The position numbers and the translations under genes are program-made. 64,000 bases of DNA, from positions 96,001 through 160,000 of the forward strand of contig CAVSPA010000007.1 of NCBI GenBank assembly GCA_963729715.1, in the 5' to 3' direction. This DNA comes from an uncultured delta proteobacterium. Lineage in GTDB: Bacteria > Desulfobacterota > Syntrophia > Syntrophales > UBA2185. Below, piece after piece: positions 10,061 through 20,967 of the stretch. Position 1 is the stretch's first letter, and each line of letters begins with the position of its first letter. The notes beneath the pieces were generated by a model, which saw only the letters and a program-made list of their open reading frames with translations, had not been told where the DNA came from and ran no database searches.

Positions 10061-10690
10061 ATGGCACCTGTCCTTTTTTTTGAATCCATATTAATTCCCC
10101 TGCCCCGCAAAAACATATACAGACGTCTAGGATTTGTAAAAGGCGTTACAGATATACCAGCATCGCAACAGGAGGAGATCGAAAGGTACATAGGGCACGC
10201 CTCATCGCTCATTCACCTGAAGGGCGCAAGCTTGCGCATGCCTATCACGGAGATTAAAGACGCCAAGATTCTCCTTCCCGACGGTGCGGAATTTGAAAGT
10301 CGTCAACTTGCCAAGCTCCTTGCCAATTGCAGCGAGATAGTCCTGATGGGAGCCACGGCCGGCCGGGAAATCATGGACGCCATCGAGAAAGATGCCACCG
10401 GTGCGAATTTAACCCGCGGTATCGTTTTGGACGCAGCCGCGAGTGAGATAGTAGACGCTTCTCTCGACTGGATCATGGACTATTTCAATCAGTCGCTGAG
10501 AAGGGAAAATAGGAGATTGCTGCGGAAACGTTATTCCGCAGGCTATGGTGATTTATTTCTCGAAACGCAAAAAGCGATGTACCGCCTCCTCCAGCTCGAC
10601 AGAATCGGCATAGCGATAACAGAGAGCTCAATACTTATCCCGGAAAAGTCCGTTACCGCCATCACCGGCATAAAGGCGCAAAGTTCATGA
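10061..10690 (+). CDS. Stand-alone methionine synthase activation (AdoMet-binding)-domain-like protein
   Basis: RYSAGYGD and LIPEKSVTAITG motifs; immediately upstream of a MetH lacking this domain. Confidence 0.75.
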   Translation: MAPVLFFESILIPLPRKNIYRRLGFVKGVTDIPASQQEEIERYIGHASSLIHLKGASLRMPITEIKDAKILLPDGAEFESRQLAKLLANCSEIVLMGATAGREIMDAIEKDATGANLTRGIVLDAAASEIVDASLDWIMDYFNQSLRRENRRLLRKRYSAGYGDLFLETQKAMYRLLQLDRIGIAITESSILIPEKSVTAITGIKAQSS

Positions 10691-10805
10691 GGCGGTCGGT
10701 TATTGTTATGACAGGGATTATGACACGATAATATCTTGATATTATGGAATGCTGATATTATAAGATAAAGATTGCCGCAAAAATAAGGAAGACACGATCT
10801 ACGAT

Positions 10806-13247
10806 ATGTATAGGTCATTGGATAAAAAACAGAAGATCCACAATCTGTTGAAAAAAAGAATTTTAATTCTTGACGGTGCTACGGGAACGGAACTGCAGAA
10901 GCGGGAAATGCCATCCGGTGTATGTCCCGAGGTGTGGTGTCTGGAAAACCCCGCGGCGATTCAGGATATTCACAGGGCTTATCAAAAGGCAGGTGCAGAT
11001 ATCATCTATACCTGTGCCTTCGGCGCGAACCGATTAAAGCTCGGGCAATACGGCTTTACGAATGTCAAAGAAATCAACAAACAACTTGTGGTTCTGGCGA
11101 GGCAGGCCGTAGGAAGCGGGACACTGATTGCCGGTGACATCAGCTCGACGGGACATTTTGTGGAGCCTTTCGGCGACCTGATGTTTGAAGAGGCGGTTGA
11201 TATTTTCAAAGAGCAGGTCCAGGGCCTGCTTGCGGGCGGCGTTGATCTTTTTGTCATCGAAACCATGATGGACATACAGGAGGCGCGGGCTGCGCTTATC
11301 GCCGTCAAGGAAATCACCGACCATTTTACCATGGTTACCATGACCTACGAAACGAACGGCTATACGCTCAGCGGCACGGATCCAGTAACCGCCCTCATTA
11401 CCTTACAGAGCCTCGGGGCGGACGCCGTGGGCTGCAACTGTTCAACGGGGCCCGAGGCAATGGTGAAGTTTATTGCCGCCATGAAACCGTTTGCCACAGT
11501 ACCGCTGGTGGCTAAGCCCAACGCCGGGATGCCGAGGCTTGTCGGCAAGGCCACCGTCTATGATATGAACCCGAGGGACTTCGCCTCATGGGGAAAGAAG
11601 CTGGCGGCTGCTGGCGTCAACTTGGTCGGTGGGTGCTGTGGGACAACGCCCGTACATATCGCGGCGTTGAAGAAGGCATTAGGCAAAGCCACGGTGCATG
11701 CTCCTGTGCGAAAGTCCATAAGCGCTATCAGCTCTGCCAGGGCCTTCAAGATATTTGATGAGGGCAGCCCGCTTCTCATAATCGGCGAGAGAATTAATCC
11801 CACGGGCAAGAAAGCCCTGCAGCAAGAACTCCTTGACGGCAAAATGAATATCGTGAGGCAGATGGCACGAGATCAGGAAGCGCAGGGGGCCGACCTTCTT
11901 GATGTGAATGTCGGGGTTCACAAAATTGATGAAGTCGATACCATGAAGAGAGTCATCCGTCTGCTATCGACAGGCACTGCCCTGCCCCTGGTCATCGATT
12001 CCCCCAATATGGAGACGATAACGGCGGCCCTTCGCATCTATCCCGGCCGCTCCCTGATAAACTCCATTTCCGGAGAAAAGCAAAAATTGAAAAAGCTTCT
12101 CCCCATTGCAGCGAAATATGGCGCCATGTTTATTCTTTTGCCGGTGACAGATAATGAGGTACCGGAAACAGTATCAAGAAGAAAGGACATCATAAAAAAT
12201 ATATTCCAGACTTCCCGAAATTTTGGATTCTCAAAAGATGACATCGTCGTAGACGGACTCGTCATGAGCGTGGCCTCGAACACCAAGGCTGCGAAAGAAA
12301 CGCTGAAAACCGTCGTCTGGTCCGCGGATAGCTTCAAATGCAGAACTGTTCTCGGTCTTTCCAATGTGTCCTTCGGCATGCCTGAGCGAAAGTGGATGAA
12401 TACCGCATTTCTCGCCATGGCACAGGCCGCGGGCTTGACCATGGCGATTGCCAATCCTGCCGACAGGGAACTCATGAAGGTGAAGATGGCGGGCGACGTG
12501 TTCATGCAGAAAGACAGGGACGCTCTGTCTTATATCCGGCATTTTTTTCTCTCCGCAAAGACGGACACGGCCACCGCCCCGGCAGTGAAAACGTCGCCGG
12601 ATCAGGATCTCTATGGAGCGATATTGGAAGGGAACAGGGATAACATTATTAACCTCGTCGATATTGCCCTTGCATCAGGTATGAATCCTTCCTGGCTTGT
12701 GGATGACATTATGATCCCGGCAATTAACCGGGCGGGTGAACTCTTTGATCAGAGAAAATATTTTTTGCCGCAGCTGATAGCGAGCGCCGAGGCAATGAAG
12801 GCGGCCCTCGCGCGCGTTGAACCAAGGCTTAAACAAGAAAAGGGAGTCATGCTGGGAAAAGGGGTTATCATCCTTGCCACGGTAAAGGGAGACATCCACG
12901 ACATCGGCAAGAACATAATTTCTTTGATGTTAAAAAATCACGGCTACAGGATTGTTGACCTCGGCAAAGACGTACCGGCGAAGGCCATCATTGAATCCAT
13001 GAGGCGTTCAAAGCCCGATGTAGTCGGCCTTTCTGCGCTCATGACCACGACCATGGTAAACATGGAGGAAGTCATTGGCATTGCGCGGGCCAACGGATAT
13101 TCATGCCCGTTTATCGTAGGGGGCGCCGTCATCACGAAGGCCTATGCAGCCTCTATCGGCGCCTCCTATGCCAAAGACGGCGTGGAAGCCGTGCGAACAG
13201 TTGAACAACTGGTAAAATCATTTTCAAAGAGGCATATATCAAAATGA
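10806..13247 (+). CDS. metH: B12-dependent methionine synthase (Hcy-binding, pterin-binding and cobalamin-binding domains; no C-terminal activation domain)
   Basis: LDGATGT, GCNC and GGCC Zn ligands, IIGERINPTG and DIHDIGKN B12 motif. Confidence 0.92.
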   Translation: MYRSLDKKQKIHNLLKKRILILDGATGTELQKREMPSGVCPEVWCLENPAAIQDIHRAYQKAGADIIYTCAFGANRLKLGQYGFTNVKEINKQLVVLARQAVGSGTLIAGDISSTGHFVEPFGDLMFEEAVDIFKEQVQGLLAGGVDLFVIETMMDIQEARAALIAVKEITDHFTMVTMTYETNGYTLSGTDPVTALITLQSLGADAVGCNCSTGPEAMVKFIAAMKPFATVPLVAKPNAGMPRLVGKATVYDMNPRDFASWGKKLAAAGVNLVGGCCGTTPVHIAALKKALGKATVHAPVRKSISAISSARAFKIFDEGSPLLIIGERINPTGKKALQQELLDGKMNIVRQMARDQEAQGADLLDVNVGVHKIDEVDTMKRVIRLLSTGTALPLVIDSPNMETITAALRIYPGRSLINSISGEKQKLKKLLPIAAKYGAMFILLPVTDNEVPETVSRRKDIIKNIFQTSRNFGFSKDDIVVDGLVMSVASNTKAAKETLKTVVWSADSFKCRTVLGLSNVSFGMPERKWMNTAFLAMAQAAGLTMAIANPADRELMKVKMAGDVFMQKDRDALSYIRHFFLSAKTDTATAPAVKTSPDQDLYGAILEGNRDNIINLVDIALASGMNPSWLVDDIMIPAINRAGELFDQRKYFLPQLIASAEAMKAALARVEPRLKQEKGVMLGKGVIILATVKGDIHDIGKNIISLMLKNHGYRIVDLGKDVPAKAIIESMRRSKPDVVGLSALMTTTMVNMEEVIGIARANGYSCPFIVGGAVITKAYAASIGASYAKDGVEAVRTVEQLVKSFSKRHISK

Positions 13248-13831
13248 CCCCCCATGAAATGAAACATAGACTCGCTGAAATAATCCTCGAGCGGTCTTTC
13301 CAGTACAGGAACGATCCTCCCTTCACGCTGGCCTCGGGAAAGACGAGCAACTATTATTTCAACTGCAAACCGACAACCATGGACCCTGAAGGGATGTACC
13401 TCATAGGGAATATCCTTTTTGACATGCTTGTTGATGCGGATGTGTCGGCGGCCGGCGGCCTCACATTAGGAGCGGATCCCATGGCCAATGCCCTTTCCCT
13501 CATTTCTTATCAAAAGAAGAAACCGATCAAATCGTTTGTCGTAAGGAAGGATGCCAAGAACCACGGTACAAGAAGCGGCATCGAAGGGAACATCGCACCG
13601 GGCGAAAGAGTCGTTGTCATAGACGATGTGATAACGACAGGAGGATCGACGCTCACTGCCGTAGAAATTGCACGGGAAGCCGGTCTCGAGGTTGATAGGG
13701 TAATTGCCCTTGTGGACAGAGAAGAAGGCGGCAGGGAGAATATAAAAAAATATGTAGACAGGGTAGATGCCATATTGACAAGATCAGAGATCATGAATCT
13801 CTATAAAGGTCGTTTGAAAGGCGCAAAGTGA
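13244..13831 (+). CDS. pyrE: Orotate phosphoribosyltransferase
   Basis: FTLASGKTS, VRKDAKNHG and PRPP motif VVIDDVITTGGS. Confidence 0.93.
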   Translation: MTPHEMKHRLAEIILERSFQYRNDPPFTLASGKTSNYYFNCKPTTMDPEGMYLIGNILFDMLVDADVSAAGGLTLGADPMANALSLISYQKKKPIKSFVVRKDAKNHGTRSGIEGNIAPGERVVVIDDVITTGGSTLTAVEIAREAGLEVDRVIALVDREEGGRENIKKYVDRVDAILTRSEIMNLYKGRLKGAK

Positions 13832-13837
13832 TTTAGC

Positions 13838-14749
13838 ATGAAAAGAATGTTGACTCTAATTATCTCTGTATCGCTCTTTCTTGCAATGATTCCTCTATCA
13901 GGATGTCAGAAGGCCGAGGAGCCCAAGAAGCCGGAGGTATCGGCTACTTCACCTGTATCGCCACCCTCACCTCAGACCACAATGGCTCCGTCAGTTCCTG
14001 AAACACCGAAAACTCCTGCGGCCCCATCGGCAGCGGCGACGCCCGTTCCACCGCCGGCTCCCGCCACATATGAACCGACGGCTGCTCCGGAATCACCGGC
14101 TGCACCTGCGAAACTGCAGGGTACGGATATCATCCGGGTCGCAGGATTTGACTCCGCACAGATGCAGAAGGGCTGTCCTACAGGCTGGTTACTGGATATC
14201 AAGAAGGGTGAACCTGCCATCACTCTTGAAAGAGGATCGCAGATCTACAACCTTCACATGAAGAGCAATGACTCATCCTACGGTGTAAAAAGCGGCATAA
14301 AGGTTGATATCAAAGAATACCCCTATCTGAATTGGAGATGGAAGGTCACTAAGCTTCCTGATGGAGGTGATGTCAGAAAGAGTGACACTGATGACCAGGC
14401 AATACAGCTCTATATTGCTTTCACTCCGACAGGATTTCCGGAGGCGCTGAACACGCCCGTTCTGGCTTATATCTGGGATAATGAGGCACCCAGAGGCTGG
14501 ACGGGCAGAAGCTCGGCAATCGGTGGAGGGAAGCTTAGGTATGTCGTCGTCCGGAATAAGACGGATCGCCTGGGGCAGTGGTATACGGAAAAGAGAAATA
14601 TATACGAGGACTATAAGAAGCTTTTGAAAGACGTGGAACGTGCCGATCCTGCCGGAGTAACTCATGGTGTCGAGTTTTATATCAATTCGCAAAAGACCAA
14701 GAGTGCGGCGGAAAGCTACATCGGCGACGTGTATTTCAGCAAGAGCTAG
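13838..14749 (+). CDS. Lipoprotein with Pro/Ala-rich linker and DUF3047-like domain
   Basis: Lipobox LSGC; low-complexity P/A/T/S linker; YPYLNWRWKV, DD.A, YIWD and WYTEKRNIYEDY motifs. Confidence 0.7.
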   Translation: MKRMLTLIISVSLFLAMIPLSGCQKAEEPKKPEVSATSPVSPPSPQTTMAPSVPETPKTPAAPSAAATPVPPPAPATYEPTAAPESPAAPAKLQGTDIIRVAGFDSAQMQKGCPTGWLLDIKKGEPAITLERGSQIYNLHMKSNDSSYGVKSGIKVDIKEYPYLNWRWKVTKLPDGGDVRKSDTDDQAIQLYIAFTPTGFPEALNTPVLAYIWDNEAPRGWTGRSSAIGGGKLRYVVVRNKTDRLGQWYTEKRNIYEDYKKLLKDVERADPAGVTHGVEFYINSQKTKSAAESYIGDVYFSKS

Positions 14750-15428
14750 TCGCCTCTATGCGAATTCGATTAACCGCAAGATGCGCCCTCCTTACCGGCT
14801 CGGTAAGTCTGTAGCCTCTGCAACATGCAAGTGCGACGTCAACTGCTTTTCGCAAGCCTATCTTGTGTCCCGGTGATACGAACAACGGTTTTACCTTTTT
14901 CTTGGTCCGGACGACGGCTCCGATGATGCGACCGTCCAGCACAAGATCAGCGTAGTCCCCTACCTCATCACCCACTTCGTCATATGCACCGACCAGCCTT
15001 TTCTTGGCACAACCTATAGTTGGTATATCCAGGAACAATCCCATATGTGAAGCGAGGCCAATGCCTCTCGGATGAGCAATCCCCTGGCCATCGAAAATAA
15101 CGCAATCAGGAACGCTCTTAAGCTTCTCAAATGCTTTTGAGAGTGCGGGGCCTTCTCTAAAACTCAGCAGTCCGGGAATATACGGGAAGGGCGCCTTCTC
15201 AACAAGACAAATCTCTTCGATGACGTCCATGGTCGGGTATGCGAGCAGAATAACGGCCGCGAAAAACATATCGTCTTGTTTGGAATAGGATATATCTGCG
15301 CCGGCGATTGTGCTGATTCGTGCTGGAAACTCCTTGTCATCGAGGATCAGTTTCCCCTTGAGTTCCTGCTGGATGTTGACGGCTTCTTTATATGTGATGT
15401 TCCAATGGTGGAGATATTTGATCTTCAT
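14736..15428 (-). CDS. nfi: Endonuclease V
   Basis: AGADIS, FPYIPGLLSFRE, DGQGIAHPRG and GCAK. Confidence 0.95.
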   Translation of the reverse strand: MKIKYLHHWNITYKEAVNIQQELKGKLILDDKEFPARISTIAGADISYSKQDDMFFAAVILLAYPTMDVIEEICLVEKAPFPYIPGLLSFREGPALSKAFEKLKSVPDCVIFDGQGIAHPRGIGLASHMGLFLDIPTIGCAKKRLVGAYDEVGDEVGDYADLVLDGRIIGAVVRTKKKVKPLFVSPGHKIGLRKAVDVALACCRGYRLTEPVRRAHLAVNRIRIEATSSC

Positions 15429-15466
15429 CTCGGAGGTGATATATATAGCTTGTACAGATAATCCAT

Positions 15467-15549
15467 TGTGTCATTTCGAAGGAGCGGAGCGACTGAGAAA
15501 TCTATTGATAATATGAAAAAAGATTTCTCCTTACAGTCGAAATGGCACA
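15467..15549. repeat. 83-bp imperfect palindromic REP-like element
   Basis: TGTGTCATTTCGA...TCGAAATGGCACA outer arms with inner GAGAAATCT/AGATTTCTC arms; intergenic. Confidence 0.7.
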
Positions 15550-15587
15550 GTGCAAACTATCGTGAGTCAGAACTCGATCTACTGATA

Positions 15588-16520
15588 CTAAAAATACGGT
15601 TTCAGTACGGCCCGCGCTTCATCGATGTCTTTTCTTATCTGTTTTACCAACTGCTCAGCATTTTCAAATTTTACCTCAGCCCGTATCCTTTCTATAAAAA
15701 GGACATTCAGCTTCTTTCCGTAAATATCTCCGTTGAAATCAAGCAAATAAACTTCGACAGAAAGGTCAGTATCAGAAAAGGTGGGATTGAAGCCGATATT
15801 CAAGACACCTTTGTAACATTCTTTCTCGAGACAGGAAATAACGGCATAGACACCTTCGGCAGGGATTAATTCTTTTTCCGGCTTTATATTGGCCGTGGGA
15901 ATTCCGAGGATGCTGCCCCGCCTTTTCCCTTCGATAACAATGCCGCTGACATTATAAGGCCTTCCTAAGAGCCTCGCAGCCGTTTTTACGTCACCTGCCA
16001 GAATCAAGTTTCTCAGGCGGGTGCTGCTGATGGTCTCATCATCGAGTTTGACGGCATTAATGATGTTAACCTCAAATCCCAGCTTCTTCCCGAATTCTGC
16101 GAGAAACTCTTTGTTCCCCGTCTTGCTTTTCCCGAAGCTATAGTCATGGCCGACAAATATTTTCCTGATGTGAAGTTTATCCCAGAGAATATCACGGACG
16201 AACGACTCAGCTGTCATCTTGGAAAAATCGAGATCAAAAGGGATGAGTATTAAACCATCAACACCAATATCTTCAAGAAGCTTGATCTTCTCCTCGATTG
16301 AAGTGATTAGATAAAAGGGTCTGATATCCGGTCGCAGGATCTTCTTAGGGTGCGGATCGAAGGTGATCACTAAGGCTTTGCTCTTTTCCCTATGGGCTTC
16401 CTCTATAAGTTTCTTGAGTATCGGCACATGGCCCAGATGGACCCCGTCGAAATTCCCTATTGTTACGAAAGCATCCCTGAATTCACCGGGTGTTTGTTCC
16501 AAACTTCTGATGACTTTCAT
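15588..16520 (-). CDS. ribF: Bifunctional riboflavin kinase/FAD synthetase
   Basis: IGNFDGVHLGH, ISSTR, GIPTAN and NIGFNPTF. Confidence 0.95.
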   Translation of the reverse strand: MKVIRSLEQTPGEFRDAFVTIGNFDGVHLGHVPILKKLIEEAHREKSKALVITFDPHPKKILRPDIRPFYLITSIEEKIKLLEDIGVDGLILIPFDLDFSKMTAESFVRDILWDKLHIRKIFVGHDYSFGKSKTGNKEFLAEFGKKLGFEVNIINAVKLDDETISSTRLRNLILAGDVKTAARLLGRPYNVSGIVIEGKRRGSILGIPTANIKPEKELIPAEGVYAVISCLEKECYKGVLNIGFNPTFSDTDLSVEVYLLDFNGDIYGKKLNVLFIERIRAEVKFENAEQLVKQIRKDIDEARAVLKPYF

Positions 16521-16586
16521 TCTCTGACCTTTCTTGATTCCGCGCTAACATAGCATTAATATAGTTATTTTCAAGCCCATTTTTTC

Positions 16587-16616
16587 TTGACAATGGTCGG
16601 AATCTCAGTGTAGACA
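16587..16616 (+). promoter_or_regulatory. Putative sigma70 promoter of tRNA-Leu
   Basis: TTGACA at 16587 and a weak -10 TAGACA at 16611 (18 bp spacer). Confidence 0.45.
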
Positions 16617-16651
16617 ACCATAGTAACGCCTTCCATTATTACAAACAGCGT

Positions 16652-16738
16652 GCCGAAGTGGCGGAACTGGTAGACGCGCTAGGTTCAGGGTCTAGTGGGG
16701 GGTTCTCCGTCCCGGTTCAAATCCGGGCTTCGGCACCA
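16652..16738 (+). tRNA. tRNA-Leu (anticodon CAG)
   Basis: Acceptor stem GCCGAAG/CTTCGGC, D-loop GGTAGAC, anticodon arm CTAGG-TTCAGGG-TCTAG, long variable arm, GGTTCAAATCC T-arm and encoded CCA. Confidence 0.97.
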
Positions 16739-16745
16739 AAGACAT

Positions 16746-17156
16746 ATGGATAACATTAATTGGCGTCTATTAATTGTTATTTACATCTTGCTCGCCGGCG
16801 TCTGGGGCACGTTAGTTAAGGTTGCCTCAGACCGCCTGAATCCCCTCACAATGTTTTTTATCGTAGCTACAAGCGCATGGTTGGCAGTAGCGGCAGTTGC
16901 CCTGCCAAGATTGGACTTTCAAAATAAAGCTGGTGTGTGGCTGGCTGCAGTCTGCGGTTTGATGGGCGGTTTACTGGTCATTATCTTCTACAGCGTTCTC
17001 AAGCAGGCGCCGGCAAGCGTAGTTATTCCGGTGAGCACACTGTATGTCCTCGTAACCGTCGTTTTGTCATATTTATTTCTCGGTGAAGCTGTAACCCTCA
17101 AACAAGTCGCTGGTATAGTTCCTGGCCTCGTCTCCATATATTTACTGACTTCATGA
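16746..17156 (+). CDS. EamA/DMT-family small membrane transporter
   Basis: About five hydrophobic helices; ASVVIP and LFLGEAVTLKQVAG motifs. Start moved to ATG 16746 because the ORF track start overlaps the tRNA. Confidence 0.8.
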   Translation: MDNINWRLLIVIYILLAGVWGTLVKVASDRLNPLTMFFIVATSAWLAVAAVALPRLDFQNKAGVWLAAVCGLMGGLLVIIFYSVLKQAPASVVIPVSTLYVLVTVVLSYLFLGEAVTLKQVAGIVPGLVSIYLLTS

Positions 17157-17464
17157 AAAGAATGAAAAAAATCATCTTCATCGGAATAACGGGACTAATG
17201 CTGTTTTCCGGCAGTTTCATCCGACAGGCTGTCAGCGCCGAGAACATTCAAATTGCAAATCCGGCATCAGTATACTGTGTGCAATCCGGCTATACACTGG
17301 AGATCAGAACCAACGCCGACGGAAGTGAATACGGGGTTTGTATCTTCCCCGACAGCAACGAATGTGAAGAATGGACTTTCTTCAGGAATGAGTGCGGCGC
17401 GGGATACAGGAACGTCCCCGATATCAAGAGAGAAGGGAAGAACATTCCCGCGGAAAAACAGTAA
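17153..17464 (+). CDS. DUF333 (putative hemolysin-like) exported protein
   Basis: Signal peptide; ANPASVYC...GVCIFPD..CEEW.FFR.EC motif. Confidence 0.85.
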   Translation: MKRMKKIIFIGITGLMLFSGSFIRQAVSAENIQIANPASVYCVQSGYTLEIRTNADGSEYGVCIFPDSNECEEWTFFRNECGAGYRNVPDIKREGKNIPAEKQ

Positions 17465-17610
17465 AGAACCCCGTGCTTCCGCACGGGGCATTAAAACTCA
17501 AAATCTAACTGCTTGGGAGCTTTTCTTCATGCTTATGATACTCAATTCCTAAAGAACGGAAACCCTTTCCTCCCCGTGCTTCCGCACGGGGTATCCAGGG
17601 TTTGATTTTC
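17461..17610 (+). mobile_element. 150-bp non-autonomous element with IS200/IS605 (IscB/ISC-type) ends
   Basis: Identical palindrome CCCCGTGCTTCCGCACGGGG at 17469 and 17572. Left end GTAAAGAACCCC, right end TTCCTCCCC...GGGGTATCC, 3' flank ATGAA. The inferred empty site restores the host stop codon. Confidence 0.75.
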
Positions 17611-17658
17611 ATGAAGGAATGATAAAAGGTTAGGCAGTTTATCCTTCACGATGAGGCC

Positions 17659-18144
17659 ATGACGACGAAAGACCATTTCCCGGCAACGCCAGCTATTCGC
17701 GTCCTCAAGGATGAAGGGGTGAGCTTTACTCTTCGTCCTTACAAATATGAGGAACGGGGCGGTACTGAAGTGGCCGCAAGAGAGCTCGGTGTGGATGAGC
17801 ACATGGCGATCAAGACCCTTGTCATGGAGGATGATCGGAAGAGGCCCTTCATCATCCTCATGCACGGAGACAGGGAAGTATCGACGAAAGAGCTGGCCAG
17901 GCTTCTGGGGGTTAAGTCCGTCCAGCCGTGTGCTCCGAGAACGGCTCAAAAACACACCGGCTATATGATCGGAGGCACTTCCCCCTTCGGCATAAGAAAG
18001 AAGCTCCCCATATATATCGAAGAGACGCTCCTCGATTTTCAGAAAATGCTCATCAATGCCGGGAGGAAGGGGCTGCTCGCGGAGATGGCGACCGAAGACC
18101 TTCTCCGTATACTGTCCCCGCAGCCGGTCAAGGTGGCAAGATAA
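17659..18144 (+). CDS. ybaK: Cys-tRNA(Pro) deacylase (YbaK/EbsC)
   Basis: TPAIR, KTLVM, GYMIGGTSPFG and INAGRKG motifs. Confidence 0.9.
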   Translation: MTTKDHFPATPAIRVLKDEGVSFTLRPYKYEERGGTEVAARELGVDEHMAIKTLVMEDDRKRPFIILMHGDREVSTKELARLLGVKSVQPCAPRTAQKHTGYMIGGTSPFGIRKKLPIYIEETLLDFQKMLINAGRKGLLAEMATEDLLRILSPQPVKVAR

Positions 18145-18213
18145 GGCATGCCGCCGACCGCAGAATAACGAGGAAGCCTGTCAGCAGAGGCTCTCCTGGA
18201 GAAAGGGTCACAC

Positions 18214-18687
18214 GTGATGGATGTAGAAAATACCGTCCTTGTCTGCAAAAAATGCGGCGCGAAATACAGTGCTCCTCAGGATCGTCTTCAATGCGGACGC
18301 TGTCATGCCCCCCTTCTTGTCGGTGAAAGGAAAATCGTAGCCCTCAATGTCTCTGACGTCGACTTCGCCCGCGAGGTTCTCGCCTCTCCATGTCCTGTCC
18401 TTCTCGTGACGTGGGCACCGTGGTGCGCATACTGCCGCATGCTTCATCCTATCATCGAGCGCATCGCCGCAGAGTACAAAGACCGGCTGAAGGTGGCCAG
18501 GCTGAATGTCGAAGATAATCCGGCAGTGTCTTCACAATACGCAGTCCAGGGCGTCCCGACAATACTTATGTTTAAGGACGGAAAGCTCGTAAACAAGATG
18601 GTAGGTGTGCTTTCAAGGGAAGAGATCGAAAGACAGATGAAGGTGGTCTTGAGGGTCGACTCCGGGGATGCTGCACCTGACTCTTGA
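18214..18687 (+). CDS. Thioredoxin with N-terminal zinc ribbon (TrxC-like)
   Basis: CKKC and CGRC pairs, active site WCAYC, cis-Pro GVPT. Confidence 0.88.
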   Translation: MMDVENTVLVCKKCGAKYSAPQDRLQCGRCHAPLLVGERKIVALNVSDVDFAREVLASPCPVLLVTWAPWCAYCRMLHPIIERIAAEYKDRLKVARLNVEDNPAVSSQYAVQGVPTILMFKDGKLVNKMVGVLSREEIERQMKVVLRVDSGDAAPDS

Positions 18688-18829
18688 TATTTCTATTTTC
18701 ACTGGCTTAGCCATATCAGGACATGTGAATTTGAAGTGAAATGCTGCTCCATTTCTTCGCTTTTCCAAGAAAATTAAATGATCTAACAAAATAAAGTCGC
18801 CAACTATTTACATACCCGCTTTTCTCTGA

Positions 18830-20932
<2,103 letters not shown>

Positions 20933-20967
20933 GATGTGAGACGAGAAGCGGGAACTGGGGTAGATTC

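Noticed and set aside
15468..15869. 133-aa ORF starting in the foldback repeat
   Set aside because: Begins in a repeat element and runs antisense to ribF.
17469..17591. Two identical 20-bp palindromes as a mini CRISPR array
   Set aside because: Only two copies, an 83-bp spacer and no cas genes; better explained as transposon subterminal hairpins.
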